The notes under the pieces: generated by a model
The model's input: only the letters and a program-made list of their open reading frames with translations
What the model was told of the DNA's origin: nothing
The model's database searches: none
Program-made: the position numbers and the translations under genes
In this document: positions 36,401 to 46,135 of the stretch, in pieces
Position numbering within the stretch: the first letter of the stretch is position 1
How the letters are laid out: the number at the start of each line of letters is the position of its first letter
DNA from: an uncultured Bacillales bacterium
Lineage (GTDB): Bacteria > Bacillota_I > Bacilli_A > RF39 > UBA660
Direction: 5' to 3'
DNA: 64,000 nucleotides
Assembly (NCBI GenBank): GCA_946534345.1
Contig: CAMNCL010000001.1
Coordinates: 16,485 to 80,484 of the forward strand

Positions 36401-36979
36401 ATGAAATTAATAAGAAGAAAAAAAGATGAAGAATTGTATAAAGATAGTTGGTTATATATTTTACTATTAACTACTTTAGTAATATTAATAGAATCACTTA
36501 GAGATTATACTTTTGTCTTGGGAGGCGTATCTTTATCATATTCATTGATACCTCTACCATTAGTATATTTTATGGTTAATTATATAGTTAAAAAGTTTGA
36601 TTATAGAAAAGCAGTAGAAGCAATTGCAGTATCAGGAGTAATATTTGTATGTTTTTCTGCAATACTATCATTTGCTTTTGGAGAAAGATTAATTCTAAGT
36701 AGTATAAGTGGTGAATTTTGTGGTTATGCAATTAGTCAATTTGTTAACTTAACTATTTACTATTACATAATTAATAATACAGAAGCTCCATATGTATTAG
36801 TATTATTAAATTATATGTTTTCATTAATGGTATATTACTTATTCTATACTATTATATATTTAGATTTAGTTATATATGAAGATTATTGGACAGCATATTT
36901 TATAACTATAACAATACAATTTGTAGTATGTTTAATTGTTTCAATATTTGATTGCAAAATAAAAAGAGGTCATGAATAG
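36401..36979 (+). CDS. hypothetical polytopic membrane protein
   Basis: About 5-6 TM helices. No confident family assignment. Confidence 0.5.
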   Translation: MKLIRRKKDEELYKDSWLYILLLTTLVILIESLRDYTFVLGGVSLSYSLIPLPLVYFMVNYIVKKFDYRKAVEAIAVSGVIFVCFSAILSFAFGERLILSSISGEFCGYAISQFVNLTIYYYIINNTEAPYVLVLLNYMFSLMVYYLFYTIIYLDLVIYEDYWTAYFITITIQFVVCLIVSIFDCKIKRGHE

Positions 36980-36990
36980 ACCTCTTTTAT
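36962..36990. terminator. bidirectional terminator between convergent genes
   Basis: AAAAGAGGTC-ATGAATA-GACCTCTTTT. Confidence 0.7.
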
Positions 36991-37680
36991 TTATAATAGG
37001 AAAACAGACATAAGTGATAGAACTAAGTTGTGCATCATATGAAGTGATAGGGATGTAAAAATTGTATCTGTATCATGATATGCAAGAGCAAATGCTCCTC
37101 CTAAGGCTCCATATGGAATTATGTATAATAAATCAATAATATTATGAGCATCTTCAATTACATGAGCTCCACCAAATAATAAGAATGATAGAGCTGCAAA
37201 TACCCATTTATTTTTAAAAATATCTTTTAGAGTTTTTCTAAAGACTATTTCTTCATTAAATGGAGCAATAAATCCAGCTATTATTATCATTAACCAAGGT
37301 AGACCTTTAAGCATTTCTTGAACAGCATTTTCATTATTGGCACCACCTGACTTTAAAACAAATGTAAGAAATAAATTAGATGCCATCATAATAATTAATC
37401 CTACAGTCCAATACTTTAGACCAATATCTAAATTGTTTAAAATATTTTTCTTAAATATTTTAAATTCTTTCTTTAAATCTTTACGATAAATAAAATAAAA
37501 AATGAATGCCATACATATACTAGAAAAAGCTGATAATAACACTAACATTTTTTTACTAACATTTGTATAATCTATATTAAATAGTTTAATAGGTATTAGT
37601 TGAAAATATACTCCATAATGAAATATTAAAAAGACAAGTATTCCTTTTATAATTAATCTTATTTTTTTATCTTTTAACAT
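36991..37680 (-). CDS. CPBP-family intramembrane glutamic endopeptidase (CAAX protease/Abi family)
   Basis: APFNEEIVFRKTL (EExxxR), FGGAHV, SLHMMHN (HxxxN). Polytopic. Confidence 0.8.
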   Translation of the reverse strand: MLKDKKIRLIIKGILVFLIFHYGVYFQLIPIKLFNIDYTNVSKKMLVLLSAFSSICMAFIFYFIYRKDLKKEFKIFKKNILNNLDIGLKYWTVGLIIMMASNLFLTFVLKSGGANNENAVQEMLKGLPWLMIIIAGFIAPFNEEIVFRKTLKDIFKNKWVFAALSFLLFGGAHVIEDAHNIIDLLYIIPYGALGGAFALAYHDTDTIFTSLSLHMMHNLVLSLMSVFLL

Positions 37681-37732
37681 CTAATCACCATATTAAATAT
37701 ATCATATTATTATTTGTTATTGTAAATAAAAC

Positions 37733-37761
37733 TTGCATTAAGTGTAAAACAATAGTATAAT
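37733..37761 (+). promoter_or_regulatory. sigma-A promoter for rpsO, followed by an ~80-nt structured leader
   Basis: TTGCAT 37733-37738, 17-nt spacer, TATAAT 37756-37761. The leader contains the hairpin GAATAAG...CTTATTC (about 37783-37806). Confidence 0.6.
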
Positions 37762-37843
37762 ACTGTTTGTTACCGGTACTAGGAATAAGAATTTCCGACT
37801 TATTCTTTGTATTAGGCGAATTATTAAGAAAGGAAGTGTACAA

Positions 37844-38113
37844 ATGGCTTTAACAAAAGAAAGAAAACAAGAATTAATCAAAGAATTTGCTAAAAATGAA
37901 AAAGATACAGGTTCTGCTGAAGTACAAATTGCTATTCTTACAGAAGAAATCAATAACTTAACAGAACACTTAAAAACACATATTCATGATTTCCATTCTC
38001 GTAGAGGACTTTTAAAGAAAGTTGGACAAAGAAGAAATATGTTACAATATTTAGCAGATAGAGATATTCAAAGTTATCGTAATGTTATTAAAAAATTAGG
38101 ATTAAGAAAGTAG
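37844..38113 (+). CDS. rpsO: 30S ribosomal protein S15
   Basis: 89 aa. ...[35 protein letters not shown]... is canonical S15. Confidence 0.95.
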   Translation: MALTKERKQELIKEFAKNEKDTGSAEVQIAILTEEINNLTEHLKTHIHDFHSRRGLLKKVGQRRNMLQYLADRDIQSYRNVIKKLGLRK

Positions 38114-38142
38114 ACACATTTTTTTCAGTGTCTATTTTTTTT
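38111..38142 (+). terminator. rpsO-pnp intergenic hairpin (terminator/processing site)
   Basis: TAGACAC-(10 nt)-GTGTCTA followed by T8. Confidence 0.7.
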
Positions 38143-38155
38143 GAAAGGAGTATTT

Positions 38156-40345
38156 ATGAAAAGTAAAAAGAAAGTATTTGAATTAGACTTTCATGGAAGA
38201 AAAATTGTAGTAGAACATGGTGAATTAGCTAAACAGGCTGATGGAGCTGTACTTGTTAGATATAATGATACAGTTATTTTAACTGCTGCTGTTGTATCTA
38301 AGAATGTTAACTTATTAAGTGATTTCTTCCCACTAACAGTTAATTATCAAGAAAAACTATATTCAGTAGGCAAGATCCCTGGAGGATTTATTAAAAGAGA
38401 AGGTAGACCAAGTGAAGCTGCTACTTTAGCTGCTCGTATGATTGATCGTCCTATGAGACCATTATTCCCAGAGGGATTTAAGAATGAAGTACAAATTATT
38501 TCAACAGTTTTATCAGTAGATCAAGATTGTTCTCCTGAATTAACTGCTATGCTTGCATCAAGTCTTGCAGTATCTATTTCTAAGATACCATTTAATGGCC
38601 CAATTGCTGGAGTTAAAGTAGGTCGTGTTGATGGTAAATTTGTAATTAACCCAACACCAGAAGAATTAGAAGTAAGTGAGCTTGAATTAACAGTTGCTGG
38701 TACTAAAGATGCTATTAATATGGTAGAGTCTTCAGCTAAACAAGTACCTGAAGATGTTATGTTAGAAGCATTAATGTTTGGACATAAAGCAATTAAAGAA
38801 TTAATTAAATTTGAAGAGAAAATTATTAAAGAAATTGGTGAAGAGAAGATGGAATATGAAACTCTTACACCAGAGCCTGAATTAGTAGAAAGAGTTGAAA
38901 AACTAGTTACTAAGAAAATGGATAAAGCTCTTCGTATAAAAGATAAGTTAAAGAAATATGATGCGATTGATGCTATTAAAGAAGAAATGAATGAATTATT
39001 CACATCTGAATATGAAGATACAATGAAAGATGATGAATTAAAAGAATTACTTGTAAAAGTACAAATGGTAATATCTGATATTGAATATAGATTATTTAGA
39101 AGTATCGTAGTTAAAGAAAAAACAAGAGCTGATGGACGTAAGATGGATGAGATTAGGCCTTTATCTACAGATATAGATCTATTACCTAGAACTCATGGTA
39201 GTGCTTTATTTACTAGAGGTCAAACTCAAGCATTAAGTATTACTACACTAGGAGCTTTAAATGAACATCAAATTATCGATGGACTTTCTATGGAAGATCA
39301 AAAGAGATTTATGTTACATTATAACTTCCCACAATTTAGTGTCGGAGAAACTGGAAGATATGGTGCTCCAGGACGTCGTGAAATTGGTCATGGTGCCTTA
39401 GGAGAAAAAGCTCTTGCTCAAGTAATTCCAAGTGAAGAAGAATTCCCATATACAATTCGTGTTGTATCTGAAATTCTTGAATCTAATGGTTCTTCATCAC
39501 AAGCAAGTATTTGCGCTGGATGTATGTCTTTAATGGCTGCAGGTGTACCTATTAAGGCTCCAGTTGCTGGTATTGCTATGGGATTAATTACTCATGAAGA
39601 TGATTATACTATTTTAACTGATATTCAAGGTATGGAAGATCATTTAGGAGATATGGACTTTAAAGTAGCTGGTACTAAAGATGGTATTACTGCTCTACAA
39701 ATGGATATTAAGATCAGTGGTATTACTGAAGATATTTTAAGAGAAGCCCTAGCTCAAGCTAAAAAAGCTCGTATGGAAGTATTAAAAGTAATGACTAAAC
39801 AAATTAAAGAACCACGTCCAGAAGTATCTAAATATGCTCCTAAGATGGAAACATTTATGATTAACCCAGCTAAGATTAAAGATGTTATTGGTAAGGGTGG
39901 AGAAACAATTACTAAGATTATTTGTGAAGCATCTAATGTTACTGAAGTTACTAATATTAACGCAGTAAAAGTAGAATTAGAAGATGATGGTCGTGTAATT
40001 ATCTATCACTCTGATAAAGAAATAATTGAAAAAACTAAAGCTATGATTGAAGAAATAGTTAGAGAAGTAGAAGTTGGAAAAATCTATGAAGCTAAAGTAG
40101 TTAAAGTAGAAGACTTCGGTTGTTTCGTACAATTATGGCCTGGTTGTGAAGGAATGGTACATGTATCTCAACTTGCTCATGAAAGAGTTGATAAAGCTGG
40201 AGATGTTGTATCAGTAGGTGATGAAATTATTGTAAAAGCACTTGGAATGGATAAGAAAGGAAGACAAAACTTCTCAAGAAAAGATGCTTTACCACAACCA
40301 AAGAAAAAGGTTAAAAAAGAAGAAAAAAAAGAAGAAAGTGAATAA
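38156..40345 (+). CDS. pnp: polynucleotide phosphorylase
   Basis: ATG 38156 after AAAGGAG (the track start is 5 codons upstream). Two RNase PH domains, KH (VIGKGGETI) and S1 ([18 protein letters not shown]). Confidence 0.97.
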   Translation: MKSKKKVFELDFHGRKIVVEHGELAKQADGAVLVRYNDTVILTAAVVSKNVNLLSDFFPLTVNYQEKLYSVGKIPGGFIKREGRPSEAATLAARMIDRPMRPLFPEGFKNEVQIISTVLSVDQDCSPELTAMLASSLAVSISKIPFNGPIAGVKVGRVDGKFVINPTPEELEVSELELTVAGTKDAINMVESSAKQVPEDVMLEALMFGHKAIKELIKFEEKIIKEIGEEKMEYETLTPEPELVERVEKLVTKKMDKALRIKDKLKKYDAIDAIKEEMNELFTSEYEDTMKDDELKELLVKVQMVISDIEYRLFRSIVVKEKTRADGRKMDEIRPLSTDIDLLPRTHGSALFTRGQTQALSITTLGALNEHQIIDGLSMEDQKRFMLHYNFPQFSVGETGRYGAPGRREIGHGALGEKALAQVIPSEEEFPYTIRVVSEILESNGSSSQASICAGCMSLMAAGVPIKAPVAGIAMGLITHEDDYTILTDIQGMEDHLGDMDFKVAGTKDGITALQMDIKISGITEDILREALAQAKKARMEVLKVMTKQIKEPRPEVSKYAPKMETFMINPAKIKDVIGKGGETITKIICEASNVTEVTNINAVKVELEDDGRVIIYHSDKEIIEKTKAMIEEIVREVEVGKIYEAKVVKVEDFGCFVQLWPGCEGMVHVSQLAHERVDKAGDVVSVGDEIIVKALGMDKKGRQNFSRKDALPQPKKKVKKEEKKEESE

Positions 40346-40359
40346 TTCTTCTTTTTTTT
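40331..40359 (+). terminator. intrinsic terminator after pnp
   Basis: GAAGAA-(9 nt)-TTCTTC followed by T8. Confidence 0.6.
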
Positions 40360-40400
40360 GATATTATGTGTTATAATATCCTCAACGGAGGGAGATCGGA

Positions 40401-40778
40401 ATGGGAGATTTAATTAGAACTATTATTAGATGGATAATAATAATACTAATAGTTATCTTAATTATTTTCTTACTATTTAAAATTACAGATAAGAGTAGTA
40501 AGGCAAAAAAAGCTGTTGATACTGGTGTTACTACAGTAAAGAAAACAAAAGATAAAGTTAAACAAACAGTAAAAGATACAGTTCAAGATATTAAAGAAGA
40601 TACTGCAGATGATTCAACTGTAACTGGTGAAGATACTTCTTCAACAGGAACTCAAGATGAAACTATGGTAGTTGAAACACCTGATACTGCTTCATCTAGT
40701 GCTGTAGGTTTAATTGGTGTTATTATTTTATCTTGCGGAACATATTACGTATATAAAAGTAGAAAAGCACTAAATTAA
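40401..40778 (+). CDS. small hypothetical surface protein: N-terminal TM, charged linker, TPDTA + TM + basic tail
   Basis: N-terminal WIIIILIVILIIFLLF. C-terminal VVETPDTASSSAVGLIGVIILSCGTYYVYKSRKALN. Confidence 0.5.
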   Translation: MGDLIRTIIRWIIIILIVILIIFLLFKITDKSSKAKKAVDTGVTTVKKTKDKVKQTVKDTVQDIKEDTADDSTVTGEDTSSTGTQDETMVVETPDTASSSAVGLIGVIILSCGTYYVYKSRKALN

Positions 40779-40854
40779 GAGATTCTTAGGAATCTTTTTT
40801 TTGTAGAAAAAACCATTGTATTGTGCTATTATATTCGCAAACGGAGATGTCTTT

Positions 40855-42150
40855 ATGAATAAGAAAGTATTATTGTTAGTATTTATATTATTTTTATGTA
40901 TCTGTCATAAAGATGTTTTTGCTTTGTCTCGAAGTGAGTTAACTGAATTAAATTTAAAACCTATAACTACAATAGATAAACCTGCTAATTTCACAAGTGT
41001 TCAAGGAGGAGTAACTACAGATAAATATGTGATTACTATATTTATTAATGAAAATGAAAACAGTGATCATAAAGCAGCTATATTAGTTTTAAATAAAGAT
41101 AATTATAAATTAGTTAGATTAGTAGAAAATCCTATAATAGAATATGACTTAGGACATGCTAATGATGTTACTTTTAATGATAAAACTAATGAATTATTAG
41201 TACTTAGTGGTCGTAAAATAAATGTTATTGATTTAGAAAATGATAGTTTTGCTTTGAAAAGACAAATTAAATTAAACTTTTATTATAGTGGATTAGGATA
41301 TGATTCTTTAAATGATCAATATGTTTTCGCAAGAGGAATAGAAGGTGGATCTTTCATTGAAATTAGAAATAGTGATTTTAGAATACTTAGAACATTTGTC
41401 TTGAAAACTAATTTAACTAAACAATCACTTACAGTTTATCAAGGTAATATTTATTACGTTTGTTACGAAGCTGGAAGATTAACTAAACATCAAACTGTAT
41501 ATGATGGATTATTAAAAAGAAAAGAAAATTTAATTTATGTATATGGATTAAATGGTAAGAAAAAAGTTATTTATTATATTCCTTTTTCTTATAGAAATAT
41601 TATATTTGGAGAAATAGAAAATATATCTTTTAATGATGGTAAGATGCTAATTCAATTTAATCATGCTAGTAAAGCAGGATATTTTACTGCTAGTTATAAT
41701 TCTAATGTAAGTACTAATATTAAAATTGATACAGAAGAGGGAAATAATAATATTTATAGTGTACTTTTAAATGATAAAGAAATCTTAAAAACTAAGTCTA
41801 AGAATAATACTATTCCTATTAGTTTGAATTATACTTCTGAAGGTGAATATAATTATGATATTAGGAATAATGAAGAGTTAAGTGAACTAGAAGATAAGTA
41901 TCAAGAAATAGTTAAAAATTTAAAAGTAGAAGTCTACTATGATCCATTATCTAATAAATTAAAAGTAGATAGTAATGCAGAAGACTTAGTATTTTCTAAT
42001 GATTATTTATATGATAAAGAAGAGTTAAAAAAAGCAAATGAAACTTTAATAGTAGATGTTCCAGATACTAATAGTAATGATTATTTATATTTGATAGGAT
42101 TATTATTTATTATACTTAGTATTATTTACGTAAAAAGAAGACTTATTTAG
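40855..42150 (+). CDS. hypothetical secreted protein with a VPDTN + TM + basic tail C-terminus
   Basis: ATG 40855 gives the signal peptide MNKKVLLLVFILFLCICHKDVFA (the track's TTG at 40816 is less likely). C-terminal IVDVPDTNSNDYLYLIGLLFIILSIIYVKRRLI. Confidence 0.55.
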   Translation: MNKKVLLLVFILFLCICHKDVFALSRSELTELNLKPITTIDKPANFTSVQGGVTTDKYVITIFINENENSDHKAAILVLNKDNYKLVRLVENPIIEYDLGHANDVTFNDKTNELLVLSGRKINVIDLENDSFALKRQIKLNFYYSGLGYDSLNDQYVFARGIEGGSFIEIRNSDFRILRTFVLKTNLTKQSLTVYQGNIYYVCYEAGRLTKHQTVYDGLLKRKENLIYVYGLNGKKKVIYYIPFSYRNIIFGEIENISFNDGKMLIQFNHASKAGYFTASYNSNVSTNIKIDTEEGNNNIYSVLLNDKEILKTKSKNNTIPISLNYTSEGEYNYDIRNNEELSELEDKYQEIVKNLKVEVYYDPLSNKLKVDSNAEDLVFSNDYLYDKEELKKANETLIVDVPDTNSNDYLYLIGLLFIILSIIYVKRRLI

Positions 42151-42211
42151 TCTTTTTTTTATTTGTCAAGTATTTGAATTTATAGTATAATTCTAACTAG
42201 GGTGAAGAGAT

Positions 42212-45166
42212 ATGTACTTAAAGGAAATAAATGCCAGTGGTTTTAAATCTTTCGCAGATAAGTTAGAAATAAAACTAGATGGTAAGACAACTTGTATAGT
42301 TGGACCTAATGGTTCAGGTAAAAGTAACGTTGTAGATGCTGTTCGCTGGGTTTTAGGAGAACAATCAGTAAAATCTCTTCGTGGAGAAGGTTCAATGACT
42401 GATGTAATCTTCTCAGGTAGTAAAACAAGAAATCCATTAAATGTAGCTTCAGTAGAATTAGTATTTGATAATAATGATCATTTTTTAAATGTTCCATATA
42501 CTGAAATATCTATTAAGAGAAGAATGTATCGTAGTGGAGAAAATGAATATTATTTAAATAATGAAAAATGTCGTCTAAAAGATATAACTAATTTATTATT
42601 AGATACTGGTATGGCTAAAGAGTCATTTAATATTATTTCACAAGGTGAAGTAGATAAAATATTATCTAATTCAGCACACGATAGAAGAATAATATTTGAA
42701 GAAGCATCAGGTATTTTAAAGTATAAGAAAAGAAAAGAAGAAGCGCTTCGTAAATTAGATAGAACTCATAATAACTTAGATCGTGTAAATGATATTATTA
42801 CTGAGTTAGAGATACAAGTAGGTCCTTTAAAAATACAAAGTGAGAAAGCAAAAGAATATTTAGAGAATAAAGAAGGATTAGATAAATATGAAGTAGCTTT
42901 ACTAGCTTTTGATATAGAAAATATTAATAATAATTTAGAAAATGATAAAGTTAAAAAAGAAAAAATAGATAATGAAATAGTAACTTTATCTAATGCTAGT
43001 AGTTTGAGTGATACAAAGAGTATTGAGGATAATAATAAATTATTAAAATTAGAAAATGAAAGAGTAAAGCTAAATAAAGAATTATTAGAGGTAACTGCTG
43101 AAAAAGAAAGATTAGATGGAGAAAGAAATCTTTTAAGAGAAAAGAGTAAGAATAGTGATTCTAATGATAAAGTAAAAGAGAACTTAAGAGAATTAATAAA
43201 TACAAAAGAAAAATTAACTGGAAGTATATCTATTATTGAAGAAGACATAAAAGGTATAAAAAAAGAGTTAATTAATAATGATAATAATTTAACTGATATA
43301 GAAAGAGAATTACAAAATGCTAAATTAAAACAAAATATGCTTAATAATGATTATTCTACTCATAATCAAGAATTAATCGCAACTTCTCATAAGATTGAAA
43401 ATTTAAAAATAGAAATAGAACAAAATGGAGATATGCCTAATAGTGTTAGAAAGGTATTAAAGAATAATACTTTATCTGGTATTCATAATACTATTGGTAA
43501 TATCTTGTCTGTTGAAGAGAAGTATGTAAAAGCTCTTAATACAGCAATTTCTTCTAACAAGAATTTTGTAATTACAAAAGATGAAGATAGTGCTAAAGGC
43601 GCAATTAATTATTTAAAAGATAATCATTTTGGAAGAGCTACTTTCTTCCCAATGGATGTTATAAAAGAAAGATATGTTGATAATGATACTTTAAATATAT
43701 TAAAGAATAGTAATGATTTCTTAGGTGTTATGTCTGACTTAGTTACTTATAATAGAATGTATGATTCTATTATTAAGAATCAATTAGGTATAGTAGTAGT
43801 TGTTACTGATATAAATGCTGCAACTAGATTGTCTCATATGATTAAAGCTAAATATAAGATAGTTACTTTAGATGGAGATGTAGTAAATGTAGGAGGATCT
43901 CTTACTGGAGGATCTACTTATCAAGGTAAAAGTACTATTATTCTAAAACAAGAATTAAATCATTTAGAAGAGAAAGCTAACTTGTTAAAGAATGAAGAGT
44001 CTGAAATAAAGAAAGAATTATTAGATAGTAATAAAGAGATTAATGAGATAGAAGAGAAGTTATTTAGTCTATCTAAAGAAAAAGTATCTATTAGTGAAAG
44101 ATTAGATGCAAAGAATAATGAATTAAAAGAAGTTAAAGAAAAATTGTCTTTTACTAATAAGGAATATACTTCACTAGAATCTATTAGTAATAATTCTGTA
44201 GATAAGAAAGAAGCTGAATTAATTAAATTATTCCATGAAAAAGAGGCTTTAAAAGAACAATTAGAAATAAGATTAAAAACTCTTAATAAAGATATAAGTA
44301 ATTTAAAAGATAAAATAGAAAAAGATCAAGCAGATGATAAACTAAAACAATCTCACTTGAGAGAATTAGAAAAAGAATCTCGTGAATTAGAAATAAGTAT
44401 TAATAGAAGTGATGTTAAACTAGATAATATGTTAGAAACACTTGCGGTAGATTATGAATTAACTTATGAAAGAGCTAAGTCTGAATATGTTCTAGATATA
44501 GAACCTGATGAAGCTAGAAGTAAAGTTAATAAGTATCGTGCTAATATTAAAAGAATTGGTATGGTTAATCTAGATGCAATTGAAGAGTATGAGAAAGTTA
44601 ATACTAGATATGAGTTTTTAACTAATCAAAGAGAAGATTTACTTCATGCAGAAGACACATTATTAGAGATAATGAATGAAATGGATGAAGTAATGAAAGA
44701 AGAATTTAAAACTACTTTTGAAAAGATTAGAGAAGAGTTTTCTAAAGTATTTAAAGAATTATTTAAGGGTGGAAAAGCTGACTTACATTTAACTGATCCT
44801 AGTGATTTATTAAATACTGGAGTAGAAATAGTTGCTTCACCTCCAGGTAAGAAGTTAACTACTATTTCATTGTTATCAGGAGGAGAGAAAACATTAACCG
44901 CAATTAGTTTGTTATTCGCAATACTTAATGTTAGAAGTGTACCATTCTGTTTATTTGATGAAGTAGAAGCAGCGCTTGATGAAGTAAATGTAGAAGCATT
45001 TGGTAAATACTTAGATCATTATAAAGATAAGACTCAATTCTTAATCATTACACATAAGAAAAAGACAATGGAATATGCTAATACTCTATATGGTATTACA
45101 ATGCAAGAGTCTGGTGTATCTAAACTAGTAAGTGTTGTCTTAGACAATTATGTAGAAGTAATATAA
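42212..45166 (+). CDS. smc: chromosome segregation protein SMC (short, 984 aa)
   Basis: Walker A GPNGSGKSN, hinge (GIHNTIGNIL...GRATFFPMD), signature LSGGEKTLTAISL, Walker B LFDEVEAALD. Long coiled coils. Confidence 0.95.
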   Translation: MYLKEINASGFKSFADKLEIKLDGKTTCIVGPNGSGKSNVVDAVRWVLGEQSVKSLRGEGSMTDVIFSGSKTRNPLNVASVELVFDNNDHFLNVPYTEISIKRRMYRSGENEYYLNNEKCRLKDITNLLLDTGMAKESFNIISQGEVDKILSNSAHDRRIIFEEASGILKYKKRKEEALRKLDRTHNNLDRVNDIITELEIQVGPLKIQSEKAKEYLENKEGLDKYEVALLAFDIENINNNLENDKVKKEKIDNEIVTLSNASSLSDTKSIEDNNKLLKLENERVKLNKELLEVTAEKERLDGERNLLREKSKNSDSNDKVKENLRELINTKEKLTGSISIIEEDIKGIKKELINNDNNLTDIERELQNAKLKQNMLNNDYSTHNQELIATSHKIENLKIEIEQNGDMPNSVRKVLKNNTLSGIHNTIGNILSVEEKYVKALNTAISSNKNFVITKDEDSAKGAINYLKDNHFGRATFFPMDVIKERYVDNDTLNILKNSNDFLGVMSDLVTYNRMYDSIIKNQLGIVVVVTDINAATRLSHMIKAKYKIVTLDGDVVNVGGSLTGGSTYQGKSTIILKQELNHLEEKANLLKNEESEIKKELLDSNKEINEIEEKLFSLSKEKVSISERLDAKNNELKEVKEKLSFTNKEYTSLESISNNSVDKKEAELIKLFHEKEALKEQLEIRLKTLNKDISNLKDKIEKDQADDKLKQSHLRELEKESRELEISINRSDVKLDNMLETLAVDYELTYERAKSEYVLDIEPDEARSKVNKYRANIKRIGMVNLDAIEEYEKVNTRYEFLTNQREDLLHAEDTLLEIMNEMDEVMKEEFKTTFEKIREEFSKVFKELFKGGKADLHLTDPSDLLNTGVEIVASPPGKKLTTISLLSGGEKTLTAISLLFAILNVRSVPFCLFDEVEAALDEVNVEAFGKYLDHYKDKTQFLIITHKKKTMEYANTLYGITMQESGVSKLVSVVLDNYVEVI

Positions 45167-45190
45167 ACCCCCTAGGGGTTTCTTTTTTTC
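45165..45190 (+). terminator. intrinsic terminator after smc
   Basis: AACCCC-CTA-GGGGTT followed by TCTTTTTTT. Confidence 0.75.
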
Positions 45191-45230
45191 TTATTTTGTG
45201 GTATAATATGTGGACATATGAGGGGTTATT

Positions 45231-46106
45231 ATGAAAAGAATAGAAGAAATAAGTTTAAAATCTAGTGATATTGATAAGTTAAAAGAATATCCATTACAAG
45301 ATGTTTTTTGTACTGAGAGTCAAATCTATTATTATAAGATGAATAATGATAGAAGTAATATTTTATTAAAGAAACTATTTGTTACTGATGAGAAAAGAGT
45401 AAATAGAAAAATAGAAACAATTGAGACTCTACAAAATAGTGAATTGTCTACTTATAAAGAATTAGTAATACCAGATGAAGTAGTATCTATTAGTGGTATT
45501 AATTCAGGTTTTACTATTAAAGAAGTAAATGATTGTGTTAACTTATCTGCTTTTTTAAAATCTAAAAATGTATCAGATGAAGATAAAATAATGGTGCTTG
45601 AAAAGATTGGTCATTTATTAAGAAAAGTACAAAATCAAGATCAAGAATTCTATTTTGGAGATCTCCAAGAATTTAATTTCTTGGTAGATAGTAATAATGA
45701 TATATATGTAGTTGATTTAGATAGTTCTGCTGTTAATAGAAAAAAACCATTAGAGACTAAATATATAATTATTGATAAAAAGACAAGAGATGTTCCTAAG
45801 TATAAAGTAAATAGTGCTGGTAGATGTTATCCAAATCAAAATATTGATACATTCTGTTATAATACGATGATTTTAAATTATTTAGCAGGTAAAGACTTAC
45901 ATAGATTAAGTTATGAAGAGTATTATCAATATATGGAGTATTTAAGTTATTGTGGAATACCTAGAGAAATGATTGAAATATTTGATAATCACTATAGTAA
46001 TAAAGATAATGAAAGTGTAGTAGACTATTTAGATGAATTAAAGAATGGTCATAGAAGAGCTCATTATAAAGTATATGAAGCATTAAAGGAAAGAAAAAGA
46101 TATTAA
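45231..46106 (+). CDS. hypothetical protein-kinase-like fold protein (atypical)
   Basis: FYFGDLQEFNFLV resembles the catalytic loop (D and N retained). YVVDLDSS resembles the DFG position. ILLKKL is a possible beta3 Lys. No Gly-rich loop seen. Confidence 0.45.
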   Translation: MKRIEEISLKSSDIDKLKEYPLQDVFCTESQIYYYKMNNDRSNILLKKLFVTDEKRVNRKIETIETLQNSELSTYKELVIPDEVVSISGINSGFTIKEVNDCVNLSAFLKSKNVSDEDKIMVLEKIGHLLRKVQNQDQEFYFGDLQEFNFLVDSNNDIYVVDLDSSAVNRKKPLETKYIIIDKKTRDVPKYKVNSAGRCYPNQNIDTFCYNTMILNYLAGKDLHRLSYEEYYQYMEYLSYCGIPREMIEIFDNHYSNKDNESVVDYLDELKNGHRRAHYKVYEALKERKRY

Positions 46107-46119
46107 AATATCTTTTTTT
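46096..46119 (+). terminator. intrinsic terminator overlapping the stop codon
   Basis: AAAGATA-TTAAAA-TATCTTT followed by a T-run. Confidence 0.6.
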
Positions 46120-46135
46120 GTTTTATAATATTATT

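Noticed and set aside
37762-37843. The rpsO 5' leader as an S15 autoregulatory element.
   Set aside because: A hairpin (GAATAAG/CTTATTC) is visible, but I cannot verify a three-way junction or pseudoknot that matches known S15-binding leaders without folding or covariance tools. It is mentioned under the promoter feature only.
37738-37953. A 71-aa minus-strand ORF over the rpsO promoter, leader and 5' end.
   Set aside because: It is antisense to the highly conserved rpsO and its consensus promoter, with no RBS.
38521-39003. A 160-aa ORF antisense to pnp. Similar antisense ORFs lie at 42766..43248 and 42306..42497 (in smc), 46264..46587 (in dac), 55462..55761 (in the RNB gene), 31155..31415 (in nusA), 34082..34279 (in infB), 3860..4054 (in valS), 23324..23509 and 25145..25378 (in polC), and at 10164..10385, 17925..18119, 19834..20043, 27586..27852 and 58164..58346.
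   Set aside because: All lie wholly inside well-supported genes on the opposite strand. They have Ser/Leu/Phe/Ile-rich low-complexity translations typical of the complement of purine-rich AT-rich coding sequence, and they lack an RBS. They are shadow ORFs.
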